A stretch of DNA of 64,000 nt. Source: Scyliorhinus canicula (Eukaryota). Below, one piece after another: positions 13,719 through 27,156 of this stretch. The notes below the pieces were generated by a model. It made no database searches. It worked only from the letters and a program-made list of their open reading frames with translations, and was not told the DNA's origin. Location: positions 240,139,827 to 240,203,826 of the forward strand of contig NC_052146.1 of NCBI RefSeq assembly GCF_902713615.1, given 5' to 3'. Numbering within the stretch: position 1 is the stretch's first letter; every line of letters begins with the position of its first letter. The position numbers and the translations under genes were made by a program.

Positions 13719-14622
13719 GTATGTAAGCTTTCTTAAGTGCAAATTCCCTACAGTTGAGTTGCTGCGCTAGTAAGTCGCAGATTCTTACTTGAAACTGAGG
13801 TCACTAAATTTAGAAGCATAAATGTTCTTTTTGAAAAAGTTTCTGTTGTTGAGATATGCTTGTGTAACCTGTTTTGTTACCCTACAACTGCTTGCTTGTT
13901 TTTGCCTGTTGAACTTTGCCTTGACTTTGTGTGGGGCTGGTTTTTTTTTAAATTTCCTTCTTCATAGTTTTAAACATGTTTATTTGATTTGATTTATCTT
14001 GAGATTCCTATCTTTTGTGACTCATTTGTTCAAACTTTATATTTGTATAAAACACACCAGCAGTTTTTACCTCACGATTTTCATAATTGTAAATGCCATA
14101 AATGCTACCTGTTTCTTGGTCCACTTTCTTTTGATTGCCATGCTCTTCAGTAATAATTTTAGATGAATTATAACTGAAACCATTAGAAAATGAACTTGGA
14201 CTTATAAACATCTTCAGTTCTTTTGAGAGATACGTTATGAAGCAGTTTTGACCACCATTAAATACATAGTGATTTTATTTTAGTTGCAAAGTATTTACAG
14301 AAGACAGTCCATTCAGCCCAACAGATCCTTGCTGGTGTCAATGCTCCATCTCCCATTCCCCTGCCCCTCATCCTATCAGCATATCCTTATCTTCCATTCT
14401 CCTATTTTGTGTTTATCCAGTTTCCTCTTGTTTGAGTGTACACTGTTCTCTGCAATGACTCCCTGCGGTAGAGATTTCCACATTCTAGCCACTCTCTGGT
14501 AAAGAGGCTTGTCCTGAATTTCCTATTGGATATATTCAGAACTATCTTGCATTTATGTTCTCAAGGTTTGATCTCACCCTCGAGGCAAACATCATCCCTA
14601 CATCCAACCTGTTGAACCTTTT

Positions 14623-14932
14623 ACATAGAACATACAGTGCAGAAGGAGGCCATTCAGCCCATCAAGTCTGCACCGACCCATTTAAGCCCTCACTTCCACC
14701 TTATCCCCATAACCCAATAACCCCTCCTAACCTTTTTGGACACTAAGGACAATTTTATCATGGCCAATCCACCTAACCTGCACGTCTTTGGACAGTGGGA
14801 GGAAACCGGAGCACCCGGAGGAAACCCATGCAGACACTGGGAGAACGTGTAGACTCTGCACAGACAGTGACCCAGCAGGGAATCAAACCTGGGATCCTGG
14901 TGCTGTGAAGCAATAGTGCTACCGTGCTGCCC
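14623..14932 (-). mobile_element. HE1-like SINE with CR1-like tail
   Basis: SINE body plus tail catagaacatacagtgcagaaggaggccattc. Confidence 0.85.
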
Positions 14933-15350
14933 ACTTTTCAGAATCTTCAACCCCTCTGTTCGTTAGTTACTCCTTGTCTGAAATTTGCGTGGGGTTGTGG
15001 TGTTAAAAATTATTTTTAAATTCTCAATGCCAATGCAATTGAATTAATCACTGTAGAACATCATGCATAGTAATGCTAAATTTGAAATGATCTCTCGTAA
15101 AATAGAGAGCCATTGAAATTATCCCCTGACTTTTAGATTTTCTTGAGACGCATTTTGTATGGTTGTAGTGGATGTTTAGTTCCGAAGTGGTTGCTATTCA
15201 TTTTACGTTGCTTTCAGATGTAGCATTTATGATCCCTATTTAAGACTGTTAGGCAAAACTTTTTTTTGTTCCTGATCTTCTACCCATCTATCCTGAGCGC
15301 ATTGCCTCCTACATGAAGTGATGTTTTGTTGGATTCTGGGCAGCCGCTTG

Positions 15351-16196
15351 TGTTGTGACACCCTGGGCTAATGCGTGGTCAATTCCAGCCCAACTTGACT
15401 CGGAATTGCAACACAATTGAAATTAACAAATCATTCCTAGAAAATATCTAAAGTCTTTGGCTGCCCAATAACTAAAGTGACCAGATTTGTAATTTTAAAC
15501 GTAATTCATTTTTATCAATAATGACTATAATTAAATATGCAGATAAACAACTGGTTAACTATTATCCGATTCCTAACCCCTCTCTTTAACTCGCCCCACC
15601 CTCTACATATACAAGACAGACAAACACAGAGGGGAGAGAGGTGTAAAATAATGATGAAAGTAAAAGGATGAGCCTATGTTTCAGAAGGCCATTTTCCAGT
15701 ACTCCTTTCTTCAATCTAGGCCTTCAGTTGGAGGTTTTTGCTTTCAGACTGAAATGGTTTTCACTGTAGATTCATCCAGGTCTCAAATCGTCTCTGCAGT
15801 TTCAGAAAACAGCAGATAGGCAATATTTCTGGAGAGAGAGAGGCAAGCACTCACGGGTGCTCCTTTCAGCATCCAGGATCTTACCGTCACTTCCTGCATC
15901 CTCTGAAAACCTGCCACTGGGGTAGGACCAATCACTGCCTGTCCCCGTGCGGAATGCAGCCGTTCACCAATTCATTGGCCACCAGCCAGTCAATTGAACC
16001 GAATCTCCGATCCTCGGGTGCCAAAAAGTCCGAGTTTTGCTGCTCAAAAGCTATATGTCTAATAGCACCGAGTACTATTTTGCATATTTTGAGTTCCTCA
16101 CTTACTCTACTTGTCTTAAAGGTATATGCCATTAAATATCCATGGATCAAAATGATAACTACAAAGTAAATGAAATGGGAAATAATGGAGCTTACA
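15351..16196. mobile_element. Solo LTR (family A), about 846 bp
   Basis: TG...CA ends; colinear similarity to 20750-21561; 4-bp flanks CTTG/TTTG (TSD with one transition). Confidence 0.75.
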
Positions 16197-16697
16197 TTTG
16201 TAACTTGCCAAAGTGTTTATTCTTCAGGTGAAAGCCCAACAATGAAAGTTGTGGGTATCACAATGCCAAACATCTCCTTGGATATTGTTCATACGTAACC
16301 TTTTTTCAGCAGGACATCATTGGAGAGTGATCAGGAGGGGGACAATTTTTTTTTTTGAGTTCGTTACATTTCCAGTCCCCAGAAGTGATGAGAGGTCTTT
16401 GGTACTATTCCAGTTTTTCTTTTGCCTCGGATCCACCTTGGATCTTCTGATCTGTACAACATTATGATGCAAGTGAGCATGAGGAATTTCTAATGTGGAA
16501 CCAGAGAGGAGGTCATGGACAAAAGCATATGACAGTATCTTTGGAAAACTTCTGTAACTAGTACTCAGAACTGGAAAGAACCACTAATTGGAATCCTGCC
16601 TGTTTAAGAGTGACTAATATTTATTGTTGACACTAAAGCTTAATGACCGCTTTTTCAGCATTTTGTTTCTGAGCATCAAAGGAAGAAATCGTCGTGA

Positions 16698-17000
16698 GGG
16701 TGGCATGGTAGCACAGTGGTTAGCACTGTTGCTTCACAGAACCAGGTCCCATGTTCGATTCCTGGCTTGGGTCACTGTCTGTGCGGAGTCTGCACGTTCT
16801 CCCTGTGTCTGTGTGGGTTTCCTCCGGGTGCTCCGGTTTCCTTCCACAAGTCCCGAAAGGCGTGTTGTTAGGTAATTTCGACATTCTGAATTCTCCCTCC
16901 GTGTACCCGAGCAGGCCGGATATGTGCCGAGTAGGGGATTTTTCACAGTAACTTCATTGCAGTGTTAATGTAAGCCTACTTGTGACGATAATAAAGATTT
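16698..17000 (+). mobile_element. tRNA-derived SINE
   Basis: A/B-box-like head (ggtagcacagtggttagc...gttcgattcc) and tail ttttcacagtaacttcattgcagtgttaatgtaagcctacttgtgac. Confidence 0.88.
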
Positions 17001-17200
17001 TTATTGTAGCAAAAAATAACTATTGGGGGTTTCGGCTAAAAATTTCTCCAGATATGAGACATAGCACATGGGCTGCACTAAGTGTAATAATAATCGTTTA
17101 TTGTCAAGAGTAGCCTTCAATAAAGTTACTGTGAAAAGCCACTAGTGTATATAATATTGATATATTTTGATAACTTTTTTAATTGTCTGTTCCAATTTAG

Positions 17201-17427
17201 ATGATATTCCTTCATTGGCACACCTCAGTCGCCTAAAAATCCGATCAACACTAAAAAGTGAATACCTTCGTTTTGATAAATTTATTCGACAGTTACCACT
17301 TCCAGCCTGTCTGCACGATTTCCTTCTTTATAAAGAAGTATTGAAATTATACGATATTCCAGAAATTTCAGAGATTCGTGAAGAAATGCAAACAGAAAAT
17401 GATTACATCGAATATTCAGAGGATTGA
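17201..17427 (+). CDS. ASB3: ASB3 last coding exon, SOCS box
   Basis: TTTAG acceptor, phase 1 consistent with the previous exon. IPSLAHLSRLKIRSTLK...QLPLPACLHDFLLY = BC box + cullin box. TGA at 17425-17427. Confidence 0.95.
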
Positions 17428-17494
17428 TCAAAGAAAACATCTGTGTGGAAGGTAAACAGAAAAATATGGAAAGCCTGGTTGTTGTATCTTAATG

Positions 17495-19108
17495 CAGGGT
17501 TTTTCAAACTTTTTTGCCCGTGCCCAATTTTTTACCAACTGGCCATCCTTTGGGACCCACTCTGGCCGACTGACCTTTGCAACCCATGCCACCCGAGCAT
17601 TGCGTCCGACTTTTTCATTTGCCTTTAATGCAATAGGTGAGCCTGCTTGGTCCTTACGACCTCACTTGCTTTGTCTTTCAATGTTACATTTCTGCCAAGG
17701 GCTTTAGCTAAGGATTTAAGTTCTTGCTGCATCGTTTGAAAACAAATCAAGAGGTTTGTCCTCAAACTCGCCATGCTTAGTCTTCAAATACCGTTTGAAG
17801 TTTAAGGGTTTTAATCTTTCATTTGCCAGTACTTAGCTGCACACAATGCAAATGGGCTTTGCATCCTGATTTGTGCTGGCAAATTAATAAAGCCGTAAGC
17901 AGAAACCATTTTTATACTGCCTTGTTCGAAATTTCAGCTTCTTCTTGATCGGTTGTTCATCAGAGGCCTTGGAGTTCACACCTGCACTGCTGTGTCCTGC
18001 CTTGGACTCTCCTGAGAAGCGCTCTCCTGCAGATTCAGTTGTAAGATCCTGGCCTGTTTGTGTCTCTGGCCCTCTCTTCCTTATTACAAACTGGCCCGTC
18101 TTTAGTTCTTCACACATTCCTGTTGCTTACTTACTGGCAGCTACAAAATGGAGGAATCTCTCCTCCATGATTTCACGACCAAAGCACTGATCGGGTGACG
18201 TCAGTGTACGTGCTGGGGCGTGACCAGTTCTCTGCCGCCAATTCTGGTGGGACGACCCTTCCATTTTTCAAAAGAAATTTGGTCCTGTGACAGTGTGCCG
18301 ACATCAGGAGACGATACTGGGCCAACACATTGGCGTCAGGAGCTGGCAGTCTGCCCTGCTGGGCACCAGGCCTGTGCACTGCTGGATCTGCCGGAGGGGG
18401 CATGCATTTGGATGGCATTCCCTTTTTTAAACAGAACATGGCGTCCCATGAGTTTTATTTGTGAAGGCTGATAACTTATAATACATAATTATAGTGACAC
18501 GATTGCAGAGGTTTCAAACATTCACTCAGATTTCACATGCTGGTCCTTAAATTCTACTTGCCCTGCCCTAGAGGAGAACCACATGCCATTTCCTTTCTGT
18601 GTTGGTGTTGGTGCCTTCTTGTTGAATCTCAATTTGAACAGCAAACAATTTGCTGCAATCCCTGTTTATGTGGCTATCACATACTTCCTCCTCCCTGTGA
18701 TGATGTAGGCATTGAAATACTTATGGAAGCCAGTGAACTGGTGCTGACCGCCAGCATCATGAGCCGCCATTTTCAGCCCTCACAAAAACTTCACTCGGCT
18801 GCACTCCGTGTCCTACACAGGCCCCGAGCGCCAACAGTCACACCGCAGGAAGTACCGCCCCTGCTTTCTCCTATTGGTCAATGGAATAATGAGGCACCCG
18901 ATGTGACGTTAGGAAAGCTAATCACCCATTGGATAATCAGGGTGCCAATCGGATTGAGCAAGGCAAAATGCTGCAGCTGCTGGCAGTCATCGTCGACTTT
19001 CTCAACCTAAAAGCCGATTGCGGCCGTTGGGCGCTTGTCCCGCAATCGGGAGTTCCGCAACCATCCCGACACCCACTGGTGGGCCGTGACCCTCAGTTTA
19101 AAAAGCTG
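17495..19108 (-). mobile_element. Non-autonomous hAT (Charlie-like) DNA transposon
   Basis: 8-bp TSD TCTTAATG (17487-17494 / 19109-19116). Imperfect TIRs CAGGGTTTTTCAAACT / AGTTTAAAAAGCTG. Remnant BED-finger N-terminus on minus (RQYK..GF...KPICIVC..VLANE..LKTKH). Confidence 0.9.
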
Positions 19109-19289
19109 TCTTAATGCTTAAGTTGTCAGTTAGTATTAAATTGGCACATGATACCTGTGGCAGCTTGAGAGTTTAATTTAGCAGTTCTGATTTTTAAGAT
19201 TAAACTTTTTGCTCATATTTTAAGATTTTCAATCTGTCGTTGTTAGTTGTGAAAGGTGGGGTGCAAACAGTACTTCACATTTATGATGC

Positions 19290-20010
19290 TACTGGAGCGC
19301 CCAGCCCTAATTGCCCTTGAGATGATGGTGATGAGCTACTGCTTCAGTCCCTGAAGTGTACGCACACCCACAATGCTGTAAGGGAGCGATTTCCAGGATT
19401 TTGACCCAGCAACAGTGAATAAACAACAATATATTTCCAAGTCAGACGGTGAGTGACTTGGAGGGGAACGTACAGGTGTGCAAACTAGTTTATTGCCCTT
19501 GTCCTAGGTGGTAGTGGTTGTGGGTTTACTGTTAAGGAACCTTGGTGAGTTCTTGCAGTACATCTTGTAGATGGTGCACACTGCTGCACATACAGTGTAT
19601 GTCGGTGGGAGGGAGTGAATGTTTGTGGATGGAGTCCTGATCAAGCAGGTTACTTTGTCCTTTATGGTGTTGCGCTCTTGAGTGTTGTTGGAGCTGCACT
19701 CATTCAGGCAAGTGGAGAATATTTCATCACACTCTTGACTTGTGTCTTGTAGATGGTGGACAGGCTTTGGGGAGATCAAGAAGTGTGTTACTTGCCGCAG
19801 GACTCCTAGTCTCTGACCTGCTCTTGTAGCCACAGTATTTATATGGCTGGTCCAGTTCAGTTTCTGGATAATGGTTTTTCCCCCACCCCCTCCCCCAACA
19901 TTTATAGTAGAGGATTCCATTATCATAATATCATTGAATGTTAAGGGAAATTGGTTAGATTCTCTCATTGGCGATGGCCTTCTTGATGCTGCACTTGGTC
20001 AAATGCTACT
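19290..20010 (-). mobile_element. LINE (CR1/L2 group) RT C-terminal fragment
   Basis: ORF 19504-19968 contains KLNWTSHINTVATRAGQRLGVLR. Confidence 0.75.
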
Positions 20011-20354
20011 TGATGTCAAGGGCAGGCACTCACATCACCTCACTTCTGGAATTTAGCTATTTGATATGGCAATCACATCATTCTTCTCCAATGCCTCTTT
20101 GTTGCACACCTCCCAATGCGAGTTCCCTTGGTTGGTTTCTGTTCTGCCTCTCAAATTGTACCCAGAATATCTTCAGCAATAGCAATTCCCCAGTCTCTTA
20201 CATCATTCTTTCTGAGTCCCCCAAGGATCTGTTTTCTTTGGCTTCTCTTCCTCATCTGCACAGAGGTTTTGTGCTCCTCAGGCTGAGGGCTATTTGTACC
20301 TGTAATGGGAAGCACTCCATTCCCAAGCCAAAATGTCAGTATGCCAAAAAAAAA

Positions 20355-20690
20355 TGCATTTGCCTTTCATGAGCAGAAGATGTCCCAAAACACTTCAGCC
20401 AATTAAGTATTTTTGAAGTTTTGGCATTGTTGTGATGTAAGAAACACAGCAATATTTCTCAAACAGCAATGTGATGATCACCAGAACATCTTTTGGAGAT
20501 GTTGGTTGAGGTGCAAGTTTTGGCTGGGACATCAGGGTTGAATAGTGTCATGGGACCTTTTACTTCTGCCTGAGACTACCTTAGTACTGCATTGGTATGA
20601 CATCCTTATTTTTGTTCAAGTCCTGGCATGGGACTTGATTCCACAACCTTGTGACTCAGTGTGAAAGTACTATTAAATAGGTCCTGGCTA
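20355..20690 (-). mobile_element. Ancient Deu-domain-type SINE / L2-tail remnant
   Basis: tgcatttgcctttcatga..gatgtcccaaaacacttc..aagtatttttgaagt resembles the shared DeuSINE/L2 3' end; recognised from memory only. Confidence 0.5.
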
Positions 20691-20749
20691 ACACCACTAA
20701 ATGTAGAGTCAGATGCACCCTATTCTGCCTTAACAACATACAACAATAC

Positions 20750-21561
20750 TGTTGTGACATCCTGGGCTAGGGCGCAGTCAATTACAGCCCCCGTGACCCG
20801 GAGTCTCAACACAATTGAAATAACCAATAATTCTTTGAAAAATATCCAGTCTTTGGCCCTTGGCTGCCCAATGATTACAGTCACCATGTTTGCAAGTTTA
20901 AACACAATTACTTTATTTGTAACAATAACTATAAGCAAATATGCAGGAAATATAACTAGTTAACTATTATCTAATTCCTAATCCCCTCTAACATACACAG
21001 TCGTGTACAGACACACACACATGCACACAAACACACACACACATCTTTGCTTCCGATGGTTGCTTCTAGCACACTGTCCTTCCAAATTGAGATTTCCAGT
21101 CTGTAATGCTTTTCACTGTAGATTCATTTAGGTTTCTGCAGTTTCAGAAATACAGCAATTCACAATATTTCTGGAAGAAACACGAGGGAGGGAGAGAGAG
21201 CAGGTCCCTGACTCTGTGTCTTGGTCTCAACTCTGCTTTTGTTGGGTCTCTGGAAATCATCCCACTCAGGCAGGAACCAATCACCACCACTTGTACCATC
21301 AAAATAAGGCATTTTGGCTCATTCATTGGCCACCAGCAAACTAATCAAATAGAGTCCCACCTCATCTGTCGGGTGCCACAAAGTCTGAGTTCTCCTGTTC
21401 GTACACTAATACCAAATACTATGTTGCAACTTCTTGAATTCTTCATTCTCTCTGCTGCTTGACTTAAAGAAACATGTCCATTAAGCATCCATGGAACAAA
21501 AATGATAGCGGCAAAAATAAAGAAAGGGAAAATAAGAGAATCAACAGGAAGGACCCTTACA
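20750..21561. mobile_element. Solo LTR (family A), about 812 bp, with internal (CA)n
   Basis: TGTTGTGACA...CTTACA ends, similar to 15351-16196; 4-bp flanks ATAC/GTAC. Confidence 0.75.
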
Positions 21562-23869
21562 GTACCAACCTCAAAAGAACATTCCCTACCACTCCCTTTC
21601 CAATACCTATGATTTTTCTACTCTTACAAACTGCACAGTCTTTGTGCTTTGTGCCCATGTTAATTGGGAGTTGGATTGAAACAACTCAAACTTATTACAT
21701 GTCAGGTTCTTAAAACCAGTAGATTAAGGAGAATTTCATCCTATCTGTCTGAACAGACTGGGCTAGATTTTAACTCTAGGTCAAAGGCCACCGTACCATC
21801 CAGTTCCCCTTTTCATTTTTGTGAAATTTATTATTTTTTTGAAATAATTCTATGCATGATAGCCAACAAGTGATTTAAGAAAATCCAAGGACAGCAGTCA
21901 TTTAGCTGTTTAAAGGAACATAGTTATTGATGTCTTTTGCTTGTCAGTTAAGTACACTTGTGAAACAAATAATGAGGCATCACCACCTGATAACATACCT
22001 CTAGATTTGTATTTAGTATTTAATTGGCTAATGGAAATTGAGTGAGGCCAGTGAAGGATTTTTTTTTTGATGCAATGGAACAAAAACATTATGAATCCCA
22101 AATAAAATATCTTTGACAGCTGTCAGAGAAATTCTCATAGTAAGGAGCAAATTAAACCACAGTTAACACACTTACCTAATGAATAAAGTGAGCTGAACCC
22201 ACAACTTGCTAACTTGTAATGGATATTTTTTGTATAATTCAAAATGTGGAAGAATTTTCCAGTTCTGGAACCTTTACTGCAATGCTTAAGAAACTTGGAA
22301 CAAGCATCTTCAGTAAATGCTTGGAATTCTATTATAATGCTTTTTAAATGTGGTGAAAATGTGCATGAATGGCTAATGGTCTAAGGAGGGCAGCAAAGAC
22401 TCACAAAGCAATCTGATATGGTAATAGTTTTGCACTCTCTCAAAGACCACATATTCTCACTGTCAGATTATAGATTTTAGGAGTGGGATGGGCAGTGGGG
22501 AAGAGATAGACTCACCTACAGAGCTGTCAAAAGGATTTTTTATTTTATAGCTTTTATGGTGCATACTGTCAGATACTCACTTCTAATGTAATTGAATGCA
22601 GTCTATTTTTATACTTTGAAGACACATTTGATTTTCTGTACATGAACCTTATGGTTTTTTGTTATTGACATTTCTGTCATCAGTCACTACATTTGAGACA
22701 ATGTACAAATGTTTGTTTCAACTGAATTTTCTTTACCATTTTAAGACAAAGAAATTACAAACAAAGGAGAAACATGCTTGCTTTTGATTTTATGGAGCAT
22801 TTCTCTCTCAGTATTTCCTATTACTGTAGTATTACTTTGATGTGTTTTCTTTTAATAATTTCTGATGTAGAAAGAAGCAAACTGATGAATGGTCGGCAGA
22901 AAGAGTCTAACTTTGGTCATCGCCATTAAAGACGTGAAGAATAGGACTTGTTAGATGACCAGAACTGAATGATTAAAGATGAAGTATAAATGAGCAAGGA
23001 AGTGAAGAGTTGATGATGGTTCTTCCAAGCAGAGACATTTTGAGCAAGGACTGTAATGACATGAAGAAGTAAAACCAGTTGCATAATGAAGATGCCTTTC
23101 ACAGACTTCCCTTTGCACCTCATCAATATACACTTGTGAGAATAAAATGTTACTGAGAGTGGGAGATGAAGAAAGCTACTGTGAAATAGCCATCAAAGTT
23201 ATATTTTGGTGCTTATCAAACGAGCAATGTTCCACTTAACCAGTGAGAATGCTGGAGTTTGTTAATATATATGAGCTGTATATTATATTTCTGTATAAAA
23301 TGCTTGACAGTTCAAAATACATGATTTACTCAAGCCCTTAATAGCTTTTTTTTGTTCAATGTAAACTTGCTGAATGCATAAACCATTTTGATTTTAGAAC
23401 AAAATACACAGACCTCCAGCTCTGTCATAACAAACATTTTATTGCAGCTTGGAGAAAAATAAATCATTATGTATTAAATTATTTTCATATCACAGAATTT
23501 TCTTTTCGCCAAATAAAACAGAATTGTTTGACCATGTCTTAAATTGCTATGGATCTTGCAAGCAGTTTGAGCAGCATTTACAGTCAGGTAGGACGTTCTA
23601 CAAGTGTTTGCATGGACTGTTGTTCAACTTTATACTGAGGTCCCCTCCATTGATCTCTGAATACCAGACACTAAAGCCTAGTACGTGGTCCCTACACCTG
23701 GTTTTCCAAGGGTACAGTTAGGAGCCACATCAAATTCAGTCTTCCCCTTATTGATGTAGAAGTAGATGAAGGTGGGGTGCAGTGAGCAGATCTGCAAGTT
23801 ACTTTCTTTTTCTGCTTGTCTCAGACTCTCTAATGATTGGTGGGAGAGGAAGTAGAAAAGCTAAGCTTA

Positions 23870-26480
23870 TTGTTTTTAACTATTTTTGTTCATGGCATTT
23901 TTGCAAATGTACACAAAATATCAGAAGAACAATACGACAACTCAATAAACAACCATAACACTCCTCCCCCTTGGCACCAATATCACGCCTTCCCCATTTT
24001 AAACCCCCTTGCTCACACCTTTAACAAAAAAAAAATCGATGAACGTTTTCTACCTCCAGGCAAACCCCTCTACTTAACTTGACCTTCTCCAGCCTCCGGA
24101 ATTCTACAGGTTGCTCACCCACGCTTCTGCTTTCGGCAATTCCGAGTACCGCCACTCTAGCAAAATTTATCTCCGGGCTTTTAGTGAGGTATAGGCCTCT
24201 CTCACCCCCTGGACTCCCGGGTCTTCTGACACCCAAATTATTGCCACCTCCAGACACTGAACCACCGACACACGCAACACCTTGGACATTGTATCTGAAA
24301 GACATGCCCAGAACATGTGGACGTTCTCCCAGCTCCACCTCCCATTTATGCTTAATATCCCCCATCAGCGCTCCCATCCACTATCAATTCCTTCTAGATA
24401 TCCAACACCTTCTCCCCTTTTTTGTCTTTTGACAGCAACTTGTCCTGCAACCCAGGAAAGGACGTCCCCTTTCTCCTCACAAAATCCCGAACCCGCAGGT
24501 ACCTGGTTTAGCAGACTGGGCTAAATAGGTGGCTTTTAAAGCAGACCATGGCAGGCCAGCAGCAGGGTTCAATTCCCGTACCAGCCTCCCCGAACAGGCG
24601 CCGGAATGTGGCGACCAGAGGCTTTTCACAGTAACTTCATTTGAAGCCTACTTGTGACAATAAACAATTTTCATTTCATTTCACCTGAAGCCATTACCCC
24701 TGGGCAATTCCTGTACTTCCTTCAAGTCCTCCAGCCCCATAAATTTGCCCCCTATAAACAAGTGCCCAAAGCGCTCAATCCCCGCTTGCCACCATGCCCT
24801 GAACCTCTCATCCAGCCCTATCGGCACAAACCTATGGTCACAGATTGGCACCTACACCGACACACACTCCAGCCCCAAATTCTGCCTTCACTGAACCCGC
24901 ACCCTTAAGGCTGACACCAACACTGGGCGTGTGGTGTATCTGGCTGACAAGAACAGTAAAACCTCCAACAGCAAAGCCCTCAAACTCGTTCCCCTGCATG
25001 ATGCCCCCAAACTGACCCCTCCTGCCCAGTCCAGTTACGCACCATCGCAATATATGCTACCCAATGATTTATCATATTCGGCAACACCAGCAACAGGTCG
25101 TCCGCTCATATCAGCACCGCCACTCAATCCCTCAATGCACTAAACGCCATTGCCAGCGTCTATCGCCACGGCAAAAAGCAATGGGAAGAGTGGGTACCCT
25201 GCCTCGTCCCATGGTGCAGCCCAAAGTACCCTAAACTCACTGTTCGTCCGCACGCTCCCCACCAGTGCCCTGTACAGCAACCAAACCACAAACCCCTACC
25301 CGAACCGCCCCAGCCCCTCAACAAATATGCCCATTCCACCTGATCAAAATCTCTACGTCCATCGCGACCACTACCTCCTGCCGCTCCGAAGGCATCATAA
25401 TTACATTGAGTAGCCACCGCTCATTCGCCGACAACTACCTTCTCTTCACAAAACTCGTCTGATCCGCACCTATCACGACTGGCAAACAGCCCTCAATCCG
25501 CGATGCAAGAACCTTTGCCAATAACTTGGCATCTACATTCAATAACGATATCGAGTGGGGCGATCCACACTGCTCCGGATCCTTATCCTTCTTTAAAATC
25601 AGGGTGATGGAAGCCTGTGACAGTGTAGGGGGGAGCTCCCACCTCTCCCTCGCTTCATTATATACCCTCACCAGCAGTGGCCCCAGGTCCGCCCCAAACC
25701 TTTTATAAAACTGGACAGGAAACCTGTCCAGCCCCAGGGCCTTCCCTGCTTGCATCGCCCCCATAGCATCCATCACCTCTCTCAGCCTAATTGGGGCCCC
25801 CAGGCCCTGAACCAGCCCCTCTTCCACCTTGGGAAATTCCAACCCACCCAGGAACCGTGCATCCCGTCCTTCCCCTAACTACAGCCTTGAGTGCCTCCTA
25901 CAGCATAGCGGCTGTGACCTCCCCCTTATCACCTCCAAGTATCCTGGAATGGCAGCCCACACTCGCTCACTCACCCTACATATTGCCTCCACTGCAGCCA
26001 TTGAGCCTCCCCCTGAACCACCCACACATCCACCAAATGTGACACGCGGTCTGAAACCACAATCGGCAAATACTCCAAGTCAGCCACCTAGCCAGCAACG
26101 CCTTGTCCATCACAAAAAAAGTCAATCCGGATGCACATGTGTGAAATCTAAAAACTCCTTCGCCCTTGGCCTCCCAAACCTCCAAGGATCTTCATTCCCC
26201 TTCCCTCAATGTGCTCCATGAATCCCCTCTGCTCTCTCAACACTGCCCGCACCCTTGATGACTGGGGGTTGACTGGTCCAAACTTGGATCTATGACCGTA
26301 TTAAAATCACCCCCCATAACTAACCAAAATGAGCCCAAGTCTTGAACCTTCCCCAACATCCGCCTCATATAATGCAATTCATCCCAATTCGGGGCATAAA
26401 CGATTGCCAGGACCACCGGCATCCACTCCAACTTCCCACTGACCATCATTTACCTACCCCCGGATCAGCCACAATGCTCC
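23870..26480 (-). mobile_element. Heavily degraded L1 ORF2
   Basis: EN motifs (VYAPNWD, GGDFNTVID) and RT motifs (GKALGLDRFPVQFYK, ISLLNVDAKLLAKVLASR). Confidence 0.85.
24501..24682 (+). mobile_element. Short tRNA-derived SINE inserted in L1
   Basis: B-box ggttcaattcc, shared tail gcttttcacagtaacttc, (tttca)n end. Confidence 0.8.
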
Positions 26481-26687
26481 CTACCTCTTTTGTTTTCCCT
26501 TGATGTCATTGTTCGAGTTCTTTTTTCAAACACAGTCAGTTCCTGAAGTCTCCAGGTCAGAGGTTCTCCCACTCCCTGCCTGAAGGAATATGAAGGCCCC
26601 GAGCCTCATCCTCTATTTATTATGTGCTCCCAATTGGAGGTGCTCCCATGCGGGTCCAGTTCTTCTCCACACTCCGAAAGTCGGTGA

Positions 26688-27156
26688 TGTGGTGATATGC
26701 ATCACTGTAAATACACATGGGGTTAATGTAAATACACATAGACTAGCTAGACACTAGAGGGAGCACCAGGGACATGACACACATACATTCAACCAATAGG
26801 CCATTAAGATAGGACAAGACCAATGGGCATTCAAGACACACACAGAGGTGACACTACCACAGGAGGGCATTACACCAACCCATACAAAAGGACACAGCAC
26901 ACATGATCTTCCTCTTTCCAGTGGAGACACTTAGTGAGTAGACAGGTTTGATTTGGAACACATCACACCCACCATGTGGCAGACTAGTTAGATAGTCTGA
27001 GTAGTTATAGCAGGATTAACAGGAGAGTTGAATCCAAGTAGGAGAATCGTTAACAGTTTAATAAATGTGTTAAAGCTATCTCCAAGTCTGAACCTTCCTT
27101 TGTCAGAGTGCACATCAAGGAGGCAGCTTATTCTATGTCAAGAGCGTAACAAAACA
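26688..27156 (+). mobile_element. Solo LTR (469 bp) related to the LTRs at 48371/51762
   Basis: Starts TGTGGTGATATGCATCACTG, ends AACA; 5-bp TSD GGTGA (26683-26687 / 27157-27161); AATAAA near 27060. Confidence 0.92.

Noticed and set aside
16698-16775. tRNA genes at SINE heads
   Set aside because: A/B-box heads continue into SINE bodies; no complete cloverleaf.
15351-21561. One LTR element that captured the ASB3 last exon
   Set aside because: Each LTR has its own flanking 4-mer pair, no PBS/PPT is evident, and the exon is in its normal position.
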